Positions 15,425-25,806 are shown, counted from the stretch's first letter. The stretch is DNA of 54,954 nucleotides from Pseudomonadota bacterium (GCA_036758605.1 DAIOWE010000004.1:1-54954); one strand, 5' to 3'. Translations and numbers: made by a program. The notes: a model not told the origin generated them from the letters alone.

Positions 15425-17263
15425 TTACAGCGGCCATACCAGCAGGATCATCGGTACGCTGATGGCTATAACGAGGATCTCAAGCGGCAGGCCCAGACGC
15501 CAGTAATCTCCAAAGCGAAAGCCCCCGGGCCCAAGTATCAGCGTGTTGTTCTGGTGGCCTATGGGGGTGAGGAACGCACAGGATGCGCCCACCGCCACGG
15601 CCATCAGAAACGGATCCGCGTTCAAGCCCAACTGGTTCGCAGCGCCAATGGCGATCGGACACATCACCGCCGCCGTGGCGGCGTTATTCATAAAGTCGGA
15701 AAGCGTCATGGTAACGATCAGGATTAACACCAATGTGGTGACCGGATAGCCCTGTGCGATCTCATGCAGTAACAGATCGGCAATAACAGCGGCGGCCCCC
15801 GTACTTTCCACTGCGCCGCCCACCGGGATCAGCGCCGCGAGCAGGATAATTACCGGCCAGTCGACGGCGTCATAAACAACGCGCGGCGACACCACACCCA
15901 GCGCCATCGACGCCAGAACTCCTGCCGCGAACATGATCGCCGCGGGGAAAAGCCCGAACGCCGCACCGCTGACCGCTAACAGCATAATCCCGGTGGCCTT
16001 AACTGTCAGGCTCCTATCGGGAAGGCGAATGCCGCGTTCCGCCAGCGGTACGCAGCCAAACTGGGCCGCGAATTCCGAGAGCGCCTCTGGCGTTCCCTGC
16101 ATCAACAAGACATCGCCCTCCATGATGTTTGTCGTGCGCAGCCGGGACATCGAACGCCGCCCCTGGCGCGATATGGCAAGCAGATTAATACCGTAACGCG
16201 CACGAAGACGGACATCAGTTACCGAACGTTCCGCCAGATATGAATTGGGCATCACCGCCAGTTCCATCAGTGTCACGTTTTCCGACTGAATTATCTTTCG
16301 GGCTTCAATATATTCAGGCGTTACAGGCTCCTGGTCCTTGTTGCCGTCGCCAGTAACTTCTTCATCTTTAAGAATATCACCAACCAGAGTCAGGCCCAGC
16401 GTGGACAAAACTGCGGCAAGCGCTTCTGGTTCGGCTTCGATTACCAGGATATCTCCGGCCCTTGCCTCCCGGTAGGGGTTTGGGGCTGGTATACGCACTT
16501 CATTGTGGATCAATCCAACAACCTGGGCGTCCGCTTCCTCCAGTGCGGCTTCAATCTCGCGCAGGGACATACCGGCAGCCTTGCTTTTTTCAGGTATACG
16601 GGCCTCGGTTAAGTAAGTCCCCGTCACGAAACCTTCCACCCCGGCGCGTTCGCGGGTGGGAACCAGCCGCCATCCAATCAACGTGACAAAAGCGACGCCG
16701 ATTGCGGCGATCCCAAGCCCTACCGGCGTAAAATCAAACATCCCAAAACCTTCTTCGGCGCCGTTCCTGGTCCGGAAACTGGAAACAATGAGATTGGGCG
16801 GCGTGCCAATAAGCGTTGTCATCCCACCCAAAATCGATCCGAATGATAGCGGCATCAATATCTTTCCCGCCGGAACTTTCAATCGGGAGGCGATTTGAAG
16901 GGCGACCGGCATCAACAGCGCCATCGCGCCTACATTGTTCATGAATGCCGATAGCACCGCCGCCAGCGAGGTCAGCGCCACAAGTGTCAGCACCACCCCG
17001 GCAGATTGCGGCAACACACGTTGCGCCAGAATATCCACGACGCCAGAGGTTTGCAAACCGCGGCTAAGTACAAGCACACATCCGACCGTAATAACGGCGG
17101 GATGACCGAAGCCCGAGAAAGCTTCTTCGGTTGGCACCACTCCCGCGGCTACACAGGCCAATAGCCCCGCCAGCGCCACCATATCATGGCGCCAGCGGTC
17201 CCATATAAATGCGGCAATCGTAGCAACAAGAATCGCGCTGACAATCGCTTGTTCAGGCGTCAT
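15425..17263 (-). CDS. SLC13/DASS-type permease with central TrkA-C (RCK_C) domains
   Basis: The 612-aa product has polytopic N- and C-terminal halves (…TLSDFMNNAATAAVMCPIA…FLTPIGHQNNTLI…). These flank a soluble central region (…AGDILVIEAEPEAL…, …EGDVLLMQGTPEAL…) typical of paired TrkA-C domains. Confidence 0.8.
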   Translation of the reverse strand: MTPEQAIVSAILVATIAAFIWDRWRHDMVALAGLLACVAAGVVPTEEAFSGFGHPAVITVGCVLVLSRGLQTSGVVDILAQRVLPQSAGVVLTLVALTSLAAVLSAFMNNVGAMALLMPVALQIASRLKVPAGKILMPLSFGSILGGMTTLIGTPPNLIVSSFRTRNGAEEGFGMFDFTPVGLGIAAIGVAFVTLIGWRLVPTRERAGVEGFVTGTYLTEARIPEKSKAAGMSLREIEAALEEADAQVVGLIHNEVRIPAPNPYREARAGDILVIEAEPEALAAVLSTLGLTLVGDILKDEEVTGDGNKDQEPVTPEYIEARKIIQSENVTLMELAVMPNSYLAERSVTDVRLRARYGINLLAISRQGRRSMSRLRTTNIMEGDVLLMQGTPEALSEFAAQFGCVPLAERGIRLPDRSLTVKATGIMLLAVSGAAFGLFPAAIMFAAGVLASMALGVVSPRVVYDAVDWPVIILLAALIPVGGAVESTGAAAVIADLLLHEIAQGYPVTTLVLILIVTMTLSDFMNNAATAAVMCPIAIGAANQLGLNADPFLMAVAVGASCAFLTPIGHQNNTLILGPGGFRFGDYWRLGLPLEILVIAISVPMILLVWPL

Positions 17264-17331
17264 GGTTTAACTCCAATGGAATTTCGCGGCGTTGCATGGG
17301 GACTATACGAGATCGCTGAATCCCGTTCCAC

Positions 17332-18603
17332 TTACTCACGTGCCGCCTCTACGTCACCGAAGTTACGAAAATCCAGCGACGTCGGGTCCTGGAAAAGCCT
17401 GAGGCCAAACTCCGGTAAGATCGCGAGAAGGTGATCGAAGATATCCGCCTGTATGGACTCATAGCCGTCCCACGCCGTGGTAGTGGTGAAGCAGTAAATC
17501 TGGATCGGCAAACCGGTCTGTGTTGGCGCAAGTTGCCGGACCAGCAGCGTCTTGTCCTGCGCAATGCACGGATGCGCGTTCAGATAGGCCATGACATAGG
17601 CGCGAAAGGTTCCGATGTTGGTCGGGCGGCGCTTGTTGACATCATTTTTACTGGCGTCCGGGTTTTTCGCGTTCCACTCGCGCAGCTCCTTTTCCTTGCT
17701 TTCCAGATAGGGGCACAACAGCGCAAAGCGGCGCATCGCGTCCCACTGTCCGGAGGTAAGAAAGCGTATGCTGCGCTGATCAATAAGCAACGACCGGCTT
17801 ATCCGCCGGCCGCCTGACTCAAACATGCCACGCCAGTTCTTGAAAGACCCTTCAATCAGGCGATAGGTTGGAATTGTGGTGATTGTCTTGTCCCAGTTCT
17901 GGACCTTCACCGTATGCAGCGCGATATCGATTACGTCGCCATCGGCATTGAATTGTGGCATTTCTATCCAGTCGCCGACGCGAAGCATATCATTGGAACT
18001 GAGCTGCACCGATGCGACAAGTGACAGGAGAGTGTCTTTGAACACCAGAAGCAGTATGGCCGCCATGGCGCCCAAACCAGAGAACAAAAGCACTGGCGAG
18101 CGGTCAATGAGCGCCGCGATGATCAATATCACCGCCACGCCATAAACGATTATTTTTGTGACCTCCAAAAAACCCTTGATGGGCCGATTTCGGGCCTCGG
18201 GGCGCCGCTCGTAAACGTAATTGGCAAAGTTTAGCGCCGCACCGATTGCCAGCCCGATTGTCATGATGATAAAGGCAGCGGCCACGTTCTGGACTACAAT
18301 AAACACCGGCATCGGAATACCGGACACCAGAACAATGCCCAGTTGTATGACAAGCGCCGGCACAATATTGGATAGCCGCGTGACAACCGCACCGAGCGCC
18401 GGTGTTTCACCGTAAAGAGACATGCGCGCCAACAACCGCATCACGATACGCACGATGATGCGTTTGGATATCCAATTGGCGATCACCATAACCGCGATCA
18501 GAATGGCCAAGGCGATAGAAGTGGCAATCCAGGGCTGCAGGTCATTTGCAATGGACAAATATGTAATGACTACCTCCATTTGCTTGTTGTGGTTCCGGTG
18601 CAA
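17332..18603 (-). CDS. mechanosensitive ion channel family protein (YbdG/MscM-like), copy A
   Basis: The MscS core is LVASVQLSSNDMLRVGDWIEMPQFNADGDVIDIALHTVKVQNWDKTITTIPTYRLI. The track start at 18603 is a TTG, and an in-frame ATG at 18579 (MEVVITYLS) is at least as plausible. Confidence 0.8.
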   Translation of the reverse strand: MHRNHNKQMEVVITYLSIANDLQPWIATSIALAILIAVMVIANWISKRIIVRIVMRLLARMSLYGETPALGAVVTRLSNIVPALVIQLGIVLVSGIPMPVFIVVQNVAAAFIIMTIGLAIGAALNFANYVYERRPEARNRPIKGFLEVTKIIVYGVAVILIIAALIDRSPVLLFSGLGAMAAILLLVFKDTLLSLVASVQLSSNDMLRVGDWIEMPQFNADGDVIDIALHTVKVQNWDKTITTIPTYRLIEGSFKNWRGMFESGGRRISRSLLIDQRSIRFLTSGQWDAMRRFALLCPYLESKEKELREWNAKNPDASKNDVNKRRPTNIGTFRAYVMAYLNAHPCIAQDKTLLVRQLAPTQTGLPIQIYCFTTTTAWDGYESIQADIFDHLLAILPEFGLRLFQDPTSLDFRNFGDVEAARE

Positions 18604-18772
18604 TCTGCGCGCAACCCAATTTGGCGACGATTAAATGCAAGTGCCGCGTTAAACTTGATGATGTTCCCGCGCCAGAATGTCGCGCACCGCCGCCACCAGA
18701 TTTACGCGCGGCACACCTATAGCCCTTCTTCCCGTGAACAACCCGTTGAGACATGACAGCTAACCCTGGCCA

Positions 18773-19027
18773 TCACTTGGGCAGTCCGTGCTCGTCGTAT
18801 AGCCAGCTTTCACCGTGATCGGCTGGCCTCTCGGTCAGGAGTGCGGCGCAGCTTCGGCCAATGGCAAGCAACTCCTCGGCTAAGACCTTGTTTTTACTAT
18901 CTTGCAGACGCTCCAGACGCTCCCGCAGGGCCACTGTCACGGCGCGGGCCATGGTTTCGCCGGTGGCTTTGGCGACGGCCTGGGCCAGACGATTCGCTTC
19001 CGGGTCTTTGATGTTGGGGGATATAAT
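18773..19027 (-). CDS. VapB/FitA-like type II antitoxin, orphan and possibly defective
   Basis: The minus-strand frame is open from 19069 to the TGA at 18773-18775. It encodes ..IISPNIKDPEANRLAQAVAKATGETMARAVTVALRERLERLQDSKNKVLAEELLAIGRSCAALLTERPADHGESWLYDEHGLPK, which is typical of the M-x-LNIKDPE...LA..TGES...AV..AL.ERL antitoxin family. There is no ATG/GTG/TTG at the expected N-terminus (only ATT/ATA), so it is missing from the ORF track. Confidence 0.55.
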   Translation of the reverse strand: MISPNIKDPEANRLAQAVAKATGETMARAVTVALRERLERLQDSKNKVLAEELLAIGRSCAALLTERPADHGESWLYDEHGLPK

Positions 19028-19104
19028 TCCAGCCTGGTAGAAATTTTTCCACCTTTCTACATATCCATTTTACCGGCTTTTCGCAATTGGCAACCTCGTG
19101 GCGT

Positions 19105-19650
19105 TTACTGGATCAGCTTCGACAAAATCTTGAAATCATCCGTCCCGGCCTGCTCCAGCCATTCAAACACCGCCATTTCGGTGGTGATGATGGCGCCGCC
19201 CGCATCCTCAATACGGGCAAAGGCGTGGTCCATGCTGGATTGTTTACGCGACGCCACCGCATCGGCGGCGACGAACACCGCCAGCCCCTGCGCGCGCAGT
19301 TTCAATGCAGTTTGCAGAACACAAATATGCGCTTCCATACCAGCTATTACAGCCTGTTTCTTACCTAATAGATTAAGCCTGTCCGCGAACCCCGCATTGC
19401 TGGGGCAGGCGAATTCGAGCTTTTCCACCGGGCCGTCGGCGGGCATATATTCCGCCAGTTGCGGCACGGTGCGGCCCAGTCCGCGCGGATATTGCTCGGA
19501 CACCAGCACTGGCACCCCCAGGCGTTTGGCGGCCTGCAACAGAATTGCGGCATTGCGGATGGCCTCGGCCCCGCCGTCAAACATGGCAGGCGCCAGGCGC
19601 TCCTGAATGTCCACTATGATCAAACAGCTGTGATTTTTATCAAGCAACAT
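19105..19650 (-). CDS. isochorismatase-family (cysteine) hydrolase
   Basis: The 181-aa product has the motifs CLIIVDIQERL and AGMEAHICVLQTA, characteristic of the family. Confidence 0.75.
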   Translation of the reverse strand: MLLDKNHSCLIIVDIQERLAPAMFDGGAEAIRNAAILLQAAKRLGVPVLVSEQYPRGLGRTVPQLAEYMPADGPVEKLEFACPSNAGFADRLNLLGKKQAVIAGMEAHICVLQTALKLRAQGLAVFVAADAVASRKQSSMDHAFARIEDAGGAIITTEMAVFEWLEQAGTDDFKILSKLIQ

Positions 19651-19748
19651 GGCCTGTTCTCCTGTTTTATTGAATTGGACGATTGCATTGCCCTGCCTCC
19701 GCCTTCTATTCTAGCCGTCAAGCATAACCATAATCGGGGAAGAATCAC

Positions 19749-21407
19749 ATGGCGGCAATTCATGGCGGTAAATTGGCGGCGCGCGCACTCAAACAGGCGG
19801 GGGTGGAATGCGTGTTCACCCTTAGCGGCGGGCATGTGATGGCCATCTATGATGGCTGTCTGGACGAAGGCATCCGCATCATCGATGTGCGCCACGAACA
19901 GGCCGCCGTCCATGCCGCCGATTCCTGGAGCAGGCTAAACCCCGGCAGCATTGGCTGCGCGGTGCTGACAGCGGGGCCCGGCGTGACCGATGGCGTCACT
20001 GGTGTCGCCAATGCCTGGCGCGCCAATTCACCCATTCTGGTGATCGGCGGGCAAGGCCCCTTCGGCGCGGCGCGCAAGGGATCCTTGCAGGAAATGGATC
20101 ATGTCAGCGTGATGCGCCCCATCACCAAATGGGCCGACGCCTGTTACGACACCAAGCGCATTCCGGATTATATCGAAATGGGCGTGCGCCATGCGGTGTC
20201 TGGCAATCCGGGGCCGTCCTTCCTGGAAATTCCCATGGATGTGCTGATGGGGACAGTCGAAAGCTTTGAGTCGGTGCGGTTCCCGACCTATCGCCCTGCC
20301 CCCAAAATGCTGCCGGATGAAGATGATTGCCGGCGGGCGCTAGAGATTCTGTCCAAGGCCAAGCGGCCGGTGATGTTGGCGGGCACCAGCGTCAAATGGT
20401 CGAACGCTTCCGGTCCAATGAATGATTTTCTGGCACGCACCAATATTCCCACCTATGTCAATGGCATGGGGCGCGGCACGGTGCCGCCGGGGTCCAACTA
20501 TCTGTTGAACCGTTCGCGCAAGGACGCCATGAAGAATTGCGACGTGTTCATCTGCGCGGGCGTGTTGCTGGATTTCCGTCTGGCCTTTGGCAATTCCATT
20601 CCCAAAAACGCCAAGATCATTCAGCTTGATATCGACAATACGCTGATCGGCACCAACCGGTCGGCGGATGTGGGGGTTGTGGGCAATCTGGGATCATCGT
20701 TTGAATCCATCGTAAAGATGATGGACCGCGAAAAACTGCATCTGGATTTCTCCGGCTGGCTGGATGAACTCAAACCCATCGAGGCGAAGCTGGAAGCGGA
20801 AAATGAAAAGGGTCTGAACTCCGATGAAAGCCCGGTCGATCCGCTGCGCATGTGCCGCGAGGTGCGCGACTTTCTGGGCAGTTACGATAAGGAAGTGATC
20901 TTGATCGGCGATGGCGGCGATATTGTCGCGCAGGCCTCCAAGGTGCTGCCGGTTCCGGGCGAAAATGGCTGGATGGATCCGGGTCCGCTCGGCACGCTGG
21001 GCGTTGGCATGCCCTTCGCGCTGGCCGCACAGGCGTCAAAGCCCGACAAACGTGTGCTGATCATTTATGGCGATGGCTCGTTCGGACTTAACGGTTTTGA
21101 ATATGACACCGCCGTGCGCTTCAACCTGCCCATCGTCGGCATTGTCGGAAATGACGCCGCCTGGGGCCAGATGGCGCGCCCGCAAGCCGCCAGTTACGGC
21201 GCCAACCGCATGGTCGCCACCACGCTGAACTATACCCGCTATGACAAAATCGTCGAGGCGATGGGCGGTTATGGCGAACATTGCGAACGCCCCGAAGAAA
21301 TCCGGCCGGCGCTGGAACGCGCCTTCGCCTCGGGCAAGCCCGCACTGGTCAACGTGAAACTACGCCAGGATCTGGATACGGGCATGAAGGGGAGTACGTA
21401 TGTGTGA
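19749..21407 (+). CDS. thiamine-diphosphate-dependent enzyme (acetolactate synthase / oxalyl-CoA decarboxylase family)
   Basis: The 552-aa product has the N-terminal Pyr domain GVECVFTLSGGHVMAIYDGC...IDVRHEQAAVHAADSWSRL. It has the C-terminal ThDP motif GDGSFGLNGFEYDTAVRFNLPIVGIVGNDAAWG. The substrate cannot be assigned. Confidence 0.75.
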   Translation: MAAIHGGKLAARALKQAGVECVFTLSGGHVMAIYDGCLDEGIRIIDVRHEQAAVHAADSWSRLNPGSIGCAVLTAGPGVTDGVTGVANAWRANSPILVIGGQGPFGAARKGSLQEMDHVSVMRPITKWADACYDTKRIPDYIEMGVRHAVSGNPGPSFLEIPMDVLMGTVESFESVRFPTYRPAPKMLPDEDDCRRALEILSKAKRPVMLAGTSVKWSNASGPMNDFLARTNIPTYVNGMGRGTVPPGSNYLLNRSRKDAMKNCDVFICAGVLLDFRLAFGNSIPKNAKIIQLDIDNTLIGTNRSADVGVVGNLGSSFESIVKMMDREKLHLDFSGWLDELKPIEAKLEAENEKGLNSDESPVDPLRMCREVRDFLGSYDKEVILIGDGGDIVAQASKVLPVPGENGWMDPGPLGTLGVGMPFALAAQASKPDKRVLIIYGDGSFGLNGFEYDTAVRFNLPIVGIVGNDAAWGQMARPQAASYGANRMVATTLNYTRYDKIVEAMGGYGEHCERPEEIRPALERAFASGKPALVNVKLRQDLDTGMKGSTYV

Positions 21408-21453
21408 GTGGGGTAAATGCGCCCCTCCAAATAGATTGAAGCCCAGCCCCGCC

Positions 21454-21547
21454 GTCATTGCGAGCGAAGCGTGGCAATCCAGAGTCACAAACACAGGCTT
21501 TTCCGTGAGACTCTGGATTGCCACGTCGCTTCGCTCCTCGCAATGAC
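21454..21547. repeat. REP/MITE-like imperfect palindrome between convergent genes
   Basis: The left arm is gtcattgcgagcgaagcgtggcaatccagagtc (21454-21486). The right arm is gactctggattgccacgtcgcttcgctcctcgcaatgac (21509-21547). The loop is 22 nt and the arms differ by small indels. The element generates the typical spurious peptides ..VIASEAWQSR.. and ..LPRFARNDG... Confidence 0.6.
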
Positions 21548-21569
21548 GAAACGACAGGGGGATAAGGAT

Positions 21570-22349
21570 CTAAAACTCCAGCACCATGCCGTCATAGGCG
21601 GGAACGACGCCCTCGGGCAGTTCGCGCAGCAGGGTTTGATAGTCCATGTCGATATGCAGGTTAGTGAGCACGGCGAGTTTTGGTTTCGCGCGCGCGATCC
21701 ATTCCAGGGTGCGCGCCAGATGCGCGTGCGTCGGATGCGGGGTGTAGCGCAGCGCATCGACGATCCAGCATTGCGCGCCGCCAATCGCGGCGAAGGCCGC
21801 TTCCGATAATCCAACCACATCCGGCGTATAGGCGAAGTTTCCAAAACGATAGCCCACGCAATGCGCGCCGCCATGATCGACCTCGAATGGCGCGGCCTCA
21901 ATGACGCCGCCCGGCCCTTCAACACGCGCCACGTCCTTGATCAGATGGCCGTTCAGGATTGCGGGATAGGAACTGCCTTCCGCCTGGGAAAAGCAATAGC
22001 CAAAACGCGCATTCAGCTCATCAAAGGTAACTTCATCCGCATACACATTAACGCGCTTGCGCATATTCATCACCACCATGCGCAGATCATCAATGCCGTT
22101 CGCCTGATCGGCATGGGAATGGGTATAGAGTACGCCGTGCAGATGGCTGACCTTTGCCACCAGCAATTGTTCACGCATATCGGGCGAGGTGTCGATCAGA
22201 GCCGTCGTATCACCGCGCTGCACCAGTATGGAACAGCGCAGGCGGCGGTTGCGCGGCTCTTGCGGGTCGCATACGCCCCAGTCGCCGCCAATGCGCGGCA
22301 CGCCGCCCGATGACCCGCTGCCCAGGATAGTGACTTTATGTCCGGGCAT
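21570..22349 (-). CDS. MBL-fold metallo-hydrolase
   Basis: The track ORF 21570..22517 is N-terminally over-extended. The ATG at 22349 gives [25 protein letters not shown]..., and the HSHADQ metal motif (YTHSHADQANG) is present. It overlaps the tatD stop by 14 nt. Confidence 0.8.
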   Translation of the reverse strand: MPGHKVTILGSGSSGGVPRIGGDWGVCDPQEPRNRRLRCSILVQRGDTTALIDTSPDMREQLLVAKVSHLHGVLYTHSHADQANGIDDLRMVVMNMRKRVNVYADEVTFDELNARFGYCFSQAEGSSYPAILNGHLIKDVARVEGPGGVIEAAPFEVDHGGAHCVGYRFGNFAYTPDVVGLSEAAFAAIGGAQCWIVDALRYTPHPTHAHLARTLEWIARAKPKLAVLTNLHIDMDYQTLLRELPEGVVPAYDGMVLEF

Positions 22350-23136
22350 TGGCGCGGTCCGCTTTGGTGAACAGTGCGAAAAAATTATCCGTGGTGCGGG
22401 CGGCGAAAGCCTCGCGCGTCTCGTCAAAAAACTCCGCCAGATAGCGCGCCGTATCGGCCACAAAGGCCGGCTCGTTGCGCTTGCCCCGATGCGGCATGGG
22501 CGCCAGAAACGGCGCATCAGTTTCGATCAGCAGCCGGTCAGACGGAATCATGCGCACGGTTTCGCGCAAGTCCCGTGCGCTTTTGAAGGTCACAATCCCC
22601 GACAGCGAAATATACAGGCCCAGATCAAGAGCGGCCCGCGCCAGTTCCGGCCCCGCCGTAAAACAGTGAATGACGCCGGGAAAGGCCCCCTTCCCCGCTT
22701 CATCCTGCAAAATTTCTATTGTGTCGCTATCTGCGTCGCGGGCATGGACAATCAGCGGCAGGCCTGTTTCACGCGCCGCTGCAATATGTGCGCGGAAGGA
22801 TATTTTCTGCGCCGCGCGCGAACCATGTTCATAAAAATAATCCAGCCCGGTTTCACCAATGCCGATCACCTTGGGATGCCCGGTCAAAGATACGATGCGC
22901 GCGCAATCGGCGGCGGGTTCATTATCCGCCTCATGCGGGTGAATGCCGACCGAACAGTAAATATGGTCATATTGATCCGCCACGGCGCGGATGCGTTCAA
23001 ATTCGCTAATCCGTGTACAGATGGTCAGCATCATGCCAATGCCCGCCAGCCTGGCGCGGCGCACCACAGTGTCCATTTCCCCGGCGAAATCCGGGAAATC
23101 CAGATGGCAATGGCTATCGACCAGCATCCGGCTCAA
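22336..23136 (-). CDS. tatD: TatD-family metal-dependent hydrolase/DNase
   Basis: The motifs [10 protein letters not shown] and GETGLDYFY, plus conserved His/Asp positions, are present. The start overlaps the metG stop by 4 nt. Confidence 0.85.
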   Translation of the reverse strand: MSRMLVDSHCHLDFPDFAGEMDTVVRRARLAGIGMMLTICTRISEFERIRAVADQYDHIYCSVGIHPHEADNEPAADCARIVSLTGHPKVIGIGETGLDYFYEHGSRAAQKISFRAHIAAARETGLPLIVHARDADSDTIEILQDEAGKGAFPGVIHCFTAGPELARAALDLGLYISLSGIVTFKSARDLRETVRMIPSDRLLIETDAPFLAPMPHRGKRNEPAFVADTARYLAEFFDETREAFAARTTDNFFALFTKADRANART

Positions 23137-24668
23137 ACCTTCTCAACATAACGCGGAAAAACGCCGGTTGGCGCGGGCAATGCCGTGCGGGACACCAGCC
23201 GGTGGGCCTCACCCAACGCCGCAAAATTGCGCTCATCCGACGCTATCGCCAACTGATCCAGCAAGGCCGCAGCACTTTGCGGGATCACCGGTTGCGCCAG
23301 AATGCACACCTGCCGCACGACCTCCGCTGTCACATACAACACCGTTTGCATGCGCGCGGGATCGGATTTGGCCAGCGCCCAGGGCGCCTGATCCGCGAAA
23401 TAGCGGTTGGCGTCGGCGACAATTTTCCATACCTCCGCCAGCGCCAGATGAATGGCCTGCATCCCCATATGGGCGCGCGCCTTGTCCAGCATCGCATCAG
23501 CCTCACGCAGCATGGCGTTGTCGGCCTCGCTAAATGCACCGGGAATCGGAACGGCGCCGCCGCAGTTTTTCGCGATCATCGACAACGAGCGTTGCGCCAG
23601 ATTGCCCAGATCATTGGCCAGATCGGCATTGGTGCGGTTGACCAGCGATTCATGGGAATAGTTTCCGTCGCTGCCGAACGGCACTTCGCGCATGAAAAAA
23701 TAGCGCACCTGATCCAGCCCATAACGTTCCACCAGATCCAGCGGGCTGACCACATTGCCAAGCGACTTCGACATTTTCTCGCCCTGGCTTTGCAAAAACC
23801 CATGGCCAAACACCCGCCTGGGCAACGGTACCCCCGCTGACATCAAAAACGCCGGCCAATAGATGGCGTGAAAACGCACTATGTCCTTGCCTATAATATG
23901 CACATCCGCAGGCCAGAATTTTTCAAACTTTTCACCATCGGGATAACCGATGGCGGAAATATAATTGGTCAGCGCGTCCAGCCAGACATACATCACATGC
24001 TTCGCGTCATCAGGCACTGGTATGCCCCAGTCAAAACTGGTGCGTGATATGGACAGATCCTTCAACCCGGATTTTACGAAACTTACCACCTCATTGCGGC
24101 GCGTATGCGGCAGAATAAAATCGGGATGCGCATCATAATGCGCCAGTAGTCTGTCCCCATAGGCCGACAGGCGGAAAAAGTAGCTTTCCTCTTCCACCCA
24201 CGACACTGGCGTACCGGTGGGCGCAAGCTTCGCGCCATCCGCCGCCTCGGTTAATTCGTCCTCGCCATAGAACGCCTCGTCGCGCACGGAATACCATCCG
24301 GCATATTTGCCAAGATAAATATCCCCATTTGCCGCCATTTGCCGCCACAAATGTGTGACAGCCTTATGATGGCGCGGCTCGCGCGTGCCGATGAAGTCAT
24401 CATTGCTGCAATTCAGCCGCCTGACCATTTCGCGAAAGCGCGGTGAATTCCGGTCTGCCAATTCACCCGGCGTGACGCCTTCCTTGCGCGCGGTCTGTTC
24501 CATTTTCTGACCATACTCATCCGTGCCCGTCAGAAACATGACTTCATAGCCATCCAGACGCTTGAAGCGCGCCAGCACATCGGTCGCTATCGCCTCATAG
24601 GCATGGCCAATATGCGGCGGCCCATTGGGATAGGATATCGCCGTCGTAATATAAAAACGCTTGGCCAA
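23133..24668 (-). CDS. metG: methionine--tRNA ligase
   Basis: The sequence [27 protein letters not shown] carries the HIGH motif, and KMSKSLGN is the KMSKS motif. The product is 511 aa (short form). Confidence 0.95.
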   Translation of the reverse strand: MAKRFYITTAISYPNGPPHIGHAYEAIATDVLARFKRLDGYEVMFLTGTDEYGQKMEQTARKEGVTPGELADRNSPRFREMVRRLNCSNDDFIGTREPRHHKAVTHLWRQMAANGDIYLGKYAGWYSVRDEAFYGEDELTEAADGAKLAPTGTPVSWVEEESYFFRLSAYGDRLLAHYDAHPDFILPHTRRNEVVSFVKSGLKDLSISRTSFDWGIPVPDDAKHVMYVWLDALTNYISAIGYPDGEKFEKFWPADVHIIGKDIVRFHAIYWPAFLMSAGVPLPRRVFGHGFLQSQGEKMSKSLGNVVSPLDLVERYGLDQVRYFFMREVPFGSDGNYSHESLVNRTNADLANDLGNLAQRSLSMIAKNCGGAVPIPGAFSEADNAMLREADAMLDKARAHMGMQAIHLALAEVWKIVADANRYFADQAPWALAKSDPARMQTVLYVTAEVVRQVCILAQPVIPQSAAALLDQLAIASDERNFAALGEAHRLVSRTALPAPTGVFPRYVEKV

Positions 24669-24693
24669 GGTTCATGGTTCCAGATTACAGGGC

Positions 24694-25806
24694 CTAACGG
24701 CGTTGCGCCGTTTGGGCCAGACGTGAAAAAATGCTCAAAATCACCTGTTTACGGCTGAGATTTACGCTATCCGCGCGCCGCAAAAGACTATTGATGTTTT
24801 CCCATACCTGCGCCCATTGATCAAGGGGCGCTGCAGCCAGCAAGCGCTGCATCAACGCCCCCTCGCCCGCCACGCGATCGGGCGGCATGGCGCCGGCCGC
24901 ACCCAGACGAACCATTCGCGCTAACCATGTGGTCAACATTTCCATCATGGTTTCATAGCTTTGCCCGGCATTGACACGGGACAGGCGGTCCCCCAGCGCA
25001 TGCAGCGCCGCCAGATCAGGTTGTGGCAGCGCCATTAACAGCGCGATCATTTCCCGGAAAAGCTCCAGCCCGCCGTCGCGTGCCAGGGCCAGTGCACTGC
25101 CGGGGCGCCCCTCCGCAAGCTGTGCTGCAAGGTGCAGTTCATCCTTGTTCAATTCCGGAAAATGCGCGGCAACAACCTGCAACAGATCACTGTCATTCAG
25201 CGAACTGAGCATCAGCTTACGGCAACGCGACCGGATGGTTGGCAACAAGCGCCCCGGCGAATGGCTGATCAGCAGAAATATGGACTGCCTCGGCGGTTCT
25301 TCAAGTATTTTCAGCAAGGCGTTGGCGGCGGCGATGTTCATATCATCCGCACTATCCACAATGCATACGCGCCAGCCGCCTTCGCCCGCACTCAGGGAAA
25401 AGAAATCAAACGCCTTGCGTACTTCATCCACCGGCATGACGCCCTGAATGCGATCTGTCTTATCAACGGGACGTCGTAACAACAGCAGGTCGGGATGCGA
25501 TAACGCCATGACCTTGCGAAACACCGGGTCATCAATTGGTACCGCCAGATCCGGTGGAACCGCTGCCCCCGCGCCATGTTTCAGCAAAGTGCGCGCCATA
25601 CGATAGGCCAGAGTGGCTTTGCCAATGCCTTTGGGGCCGGATATCAGCCAGGCGTGATGCATCCGGCCAGACATGATGGCGCCGGCCGCATCCGCCATTG
25701 CCTCTTGATGGCCAACAATATCCGGCGCTTCACGCGGATGCGGAAATCCTTCCAGCCGGTCAGATTCGATGATGTCGGCGCTATCGCTAGTGGGGCGTCT
25801 GGCCAT
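24694..25806 (-). CDS. holB: DNA polymerase III subunit delta-prime
   Basis: The motifs HAWLISGPKGIGKATLAYRMARTLL and LKILEEPP are present. The gene sits in the conserved tmk-holB-metG order. Confidence 0.85.
   Translation of the reverse strand: MARRPTSDSADIIESDRLEGFPHPREAPDIVGHQEAMADAAGAIMSGRMHHAWLISGPKGIGKATLAYRMARTLLKHGAGAAVPPDLAVPIDDPVFRKVMALSHPDLLLLRRPVDKTDRIQGVMPVDEVRKAFDFFSLSAGEGGWRVCIVDSADDMNIAAANALLKILEEPPRQSIFLLISHSPGRLLPTIRSRCRKLMLSSLNDSDLLQVVAAHFPELNKDELHLAAQLAEGRPGSALALARDGGLELFREMIALLMALPQPDLAALHALGDRLSRVNAGQSYETMMEMLTTWLARMVRLGAAGAMPPDRVAGEGALMQRLLAAAPLDQWAQVWENINSLLRRADSVNLSRKQVILSIFSRLAQTAQRR

Noticed and set aside
18542-18754. 70-aa minus-strand ORF downstream of the VapB-like gene as a possible VapC toxin
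   Set aside because: It has no PIN-domain acidic motifs and is Gly/Arg/Ala-rich. It is too short and overlaps the start of the channel gene.
21349-21925. ORFs 21349-21543, 21471-21809 and 21485-21925 across the palindromic element and MBL gene end
   Set aside because: They are generated by the REP-like palindrome (FARNDG-type artefact peptides) or are antisense to the MBL hydrolase gene.
22349-22517. N-terminal extensions of track ORFs (MBL 22517, DacC-like 27746, RlpA 28620, MltB-like 29788, Tmk 26502, EctR 40991, EctC 42882, beta-barrel 2326, GlcG-like 4322, small membrane protein 50306)
   Set aside because: Internal ATGs give proper signal peptides, lipoboxes or P-loops at the expected distance from the N-terminus and remove overlaps with upstream genes. 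The extended versions run into neighbouring genes or AT-rich promoter DNA.
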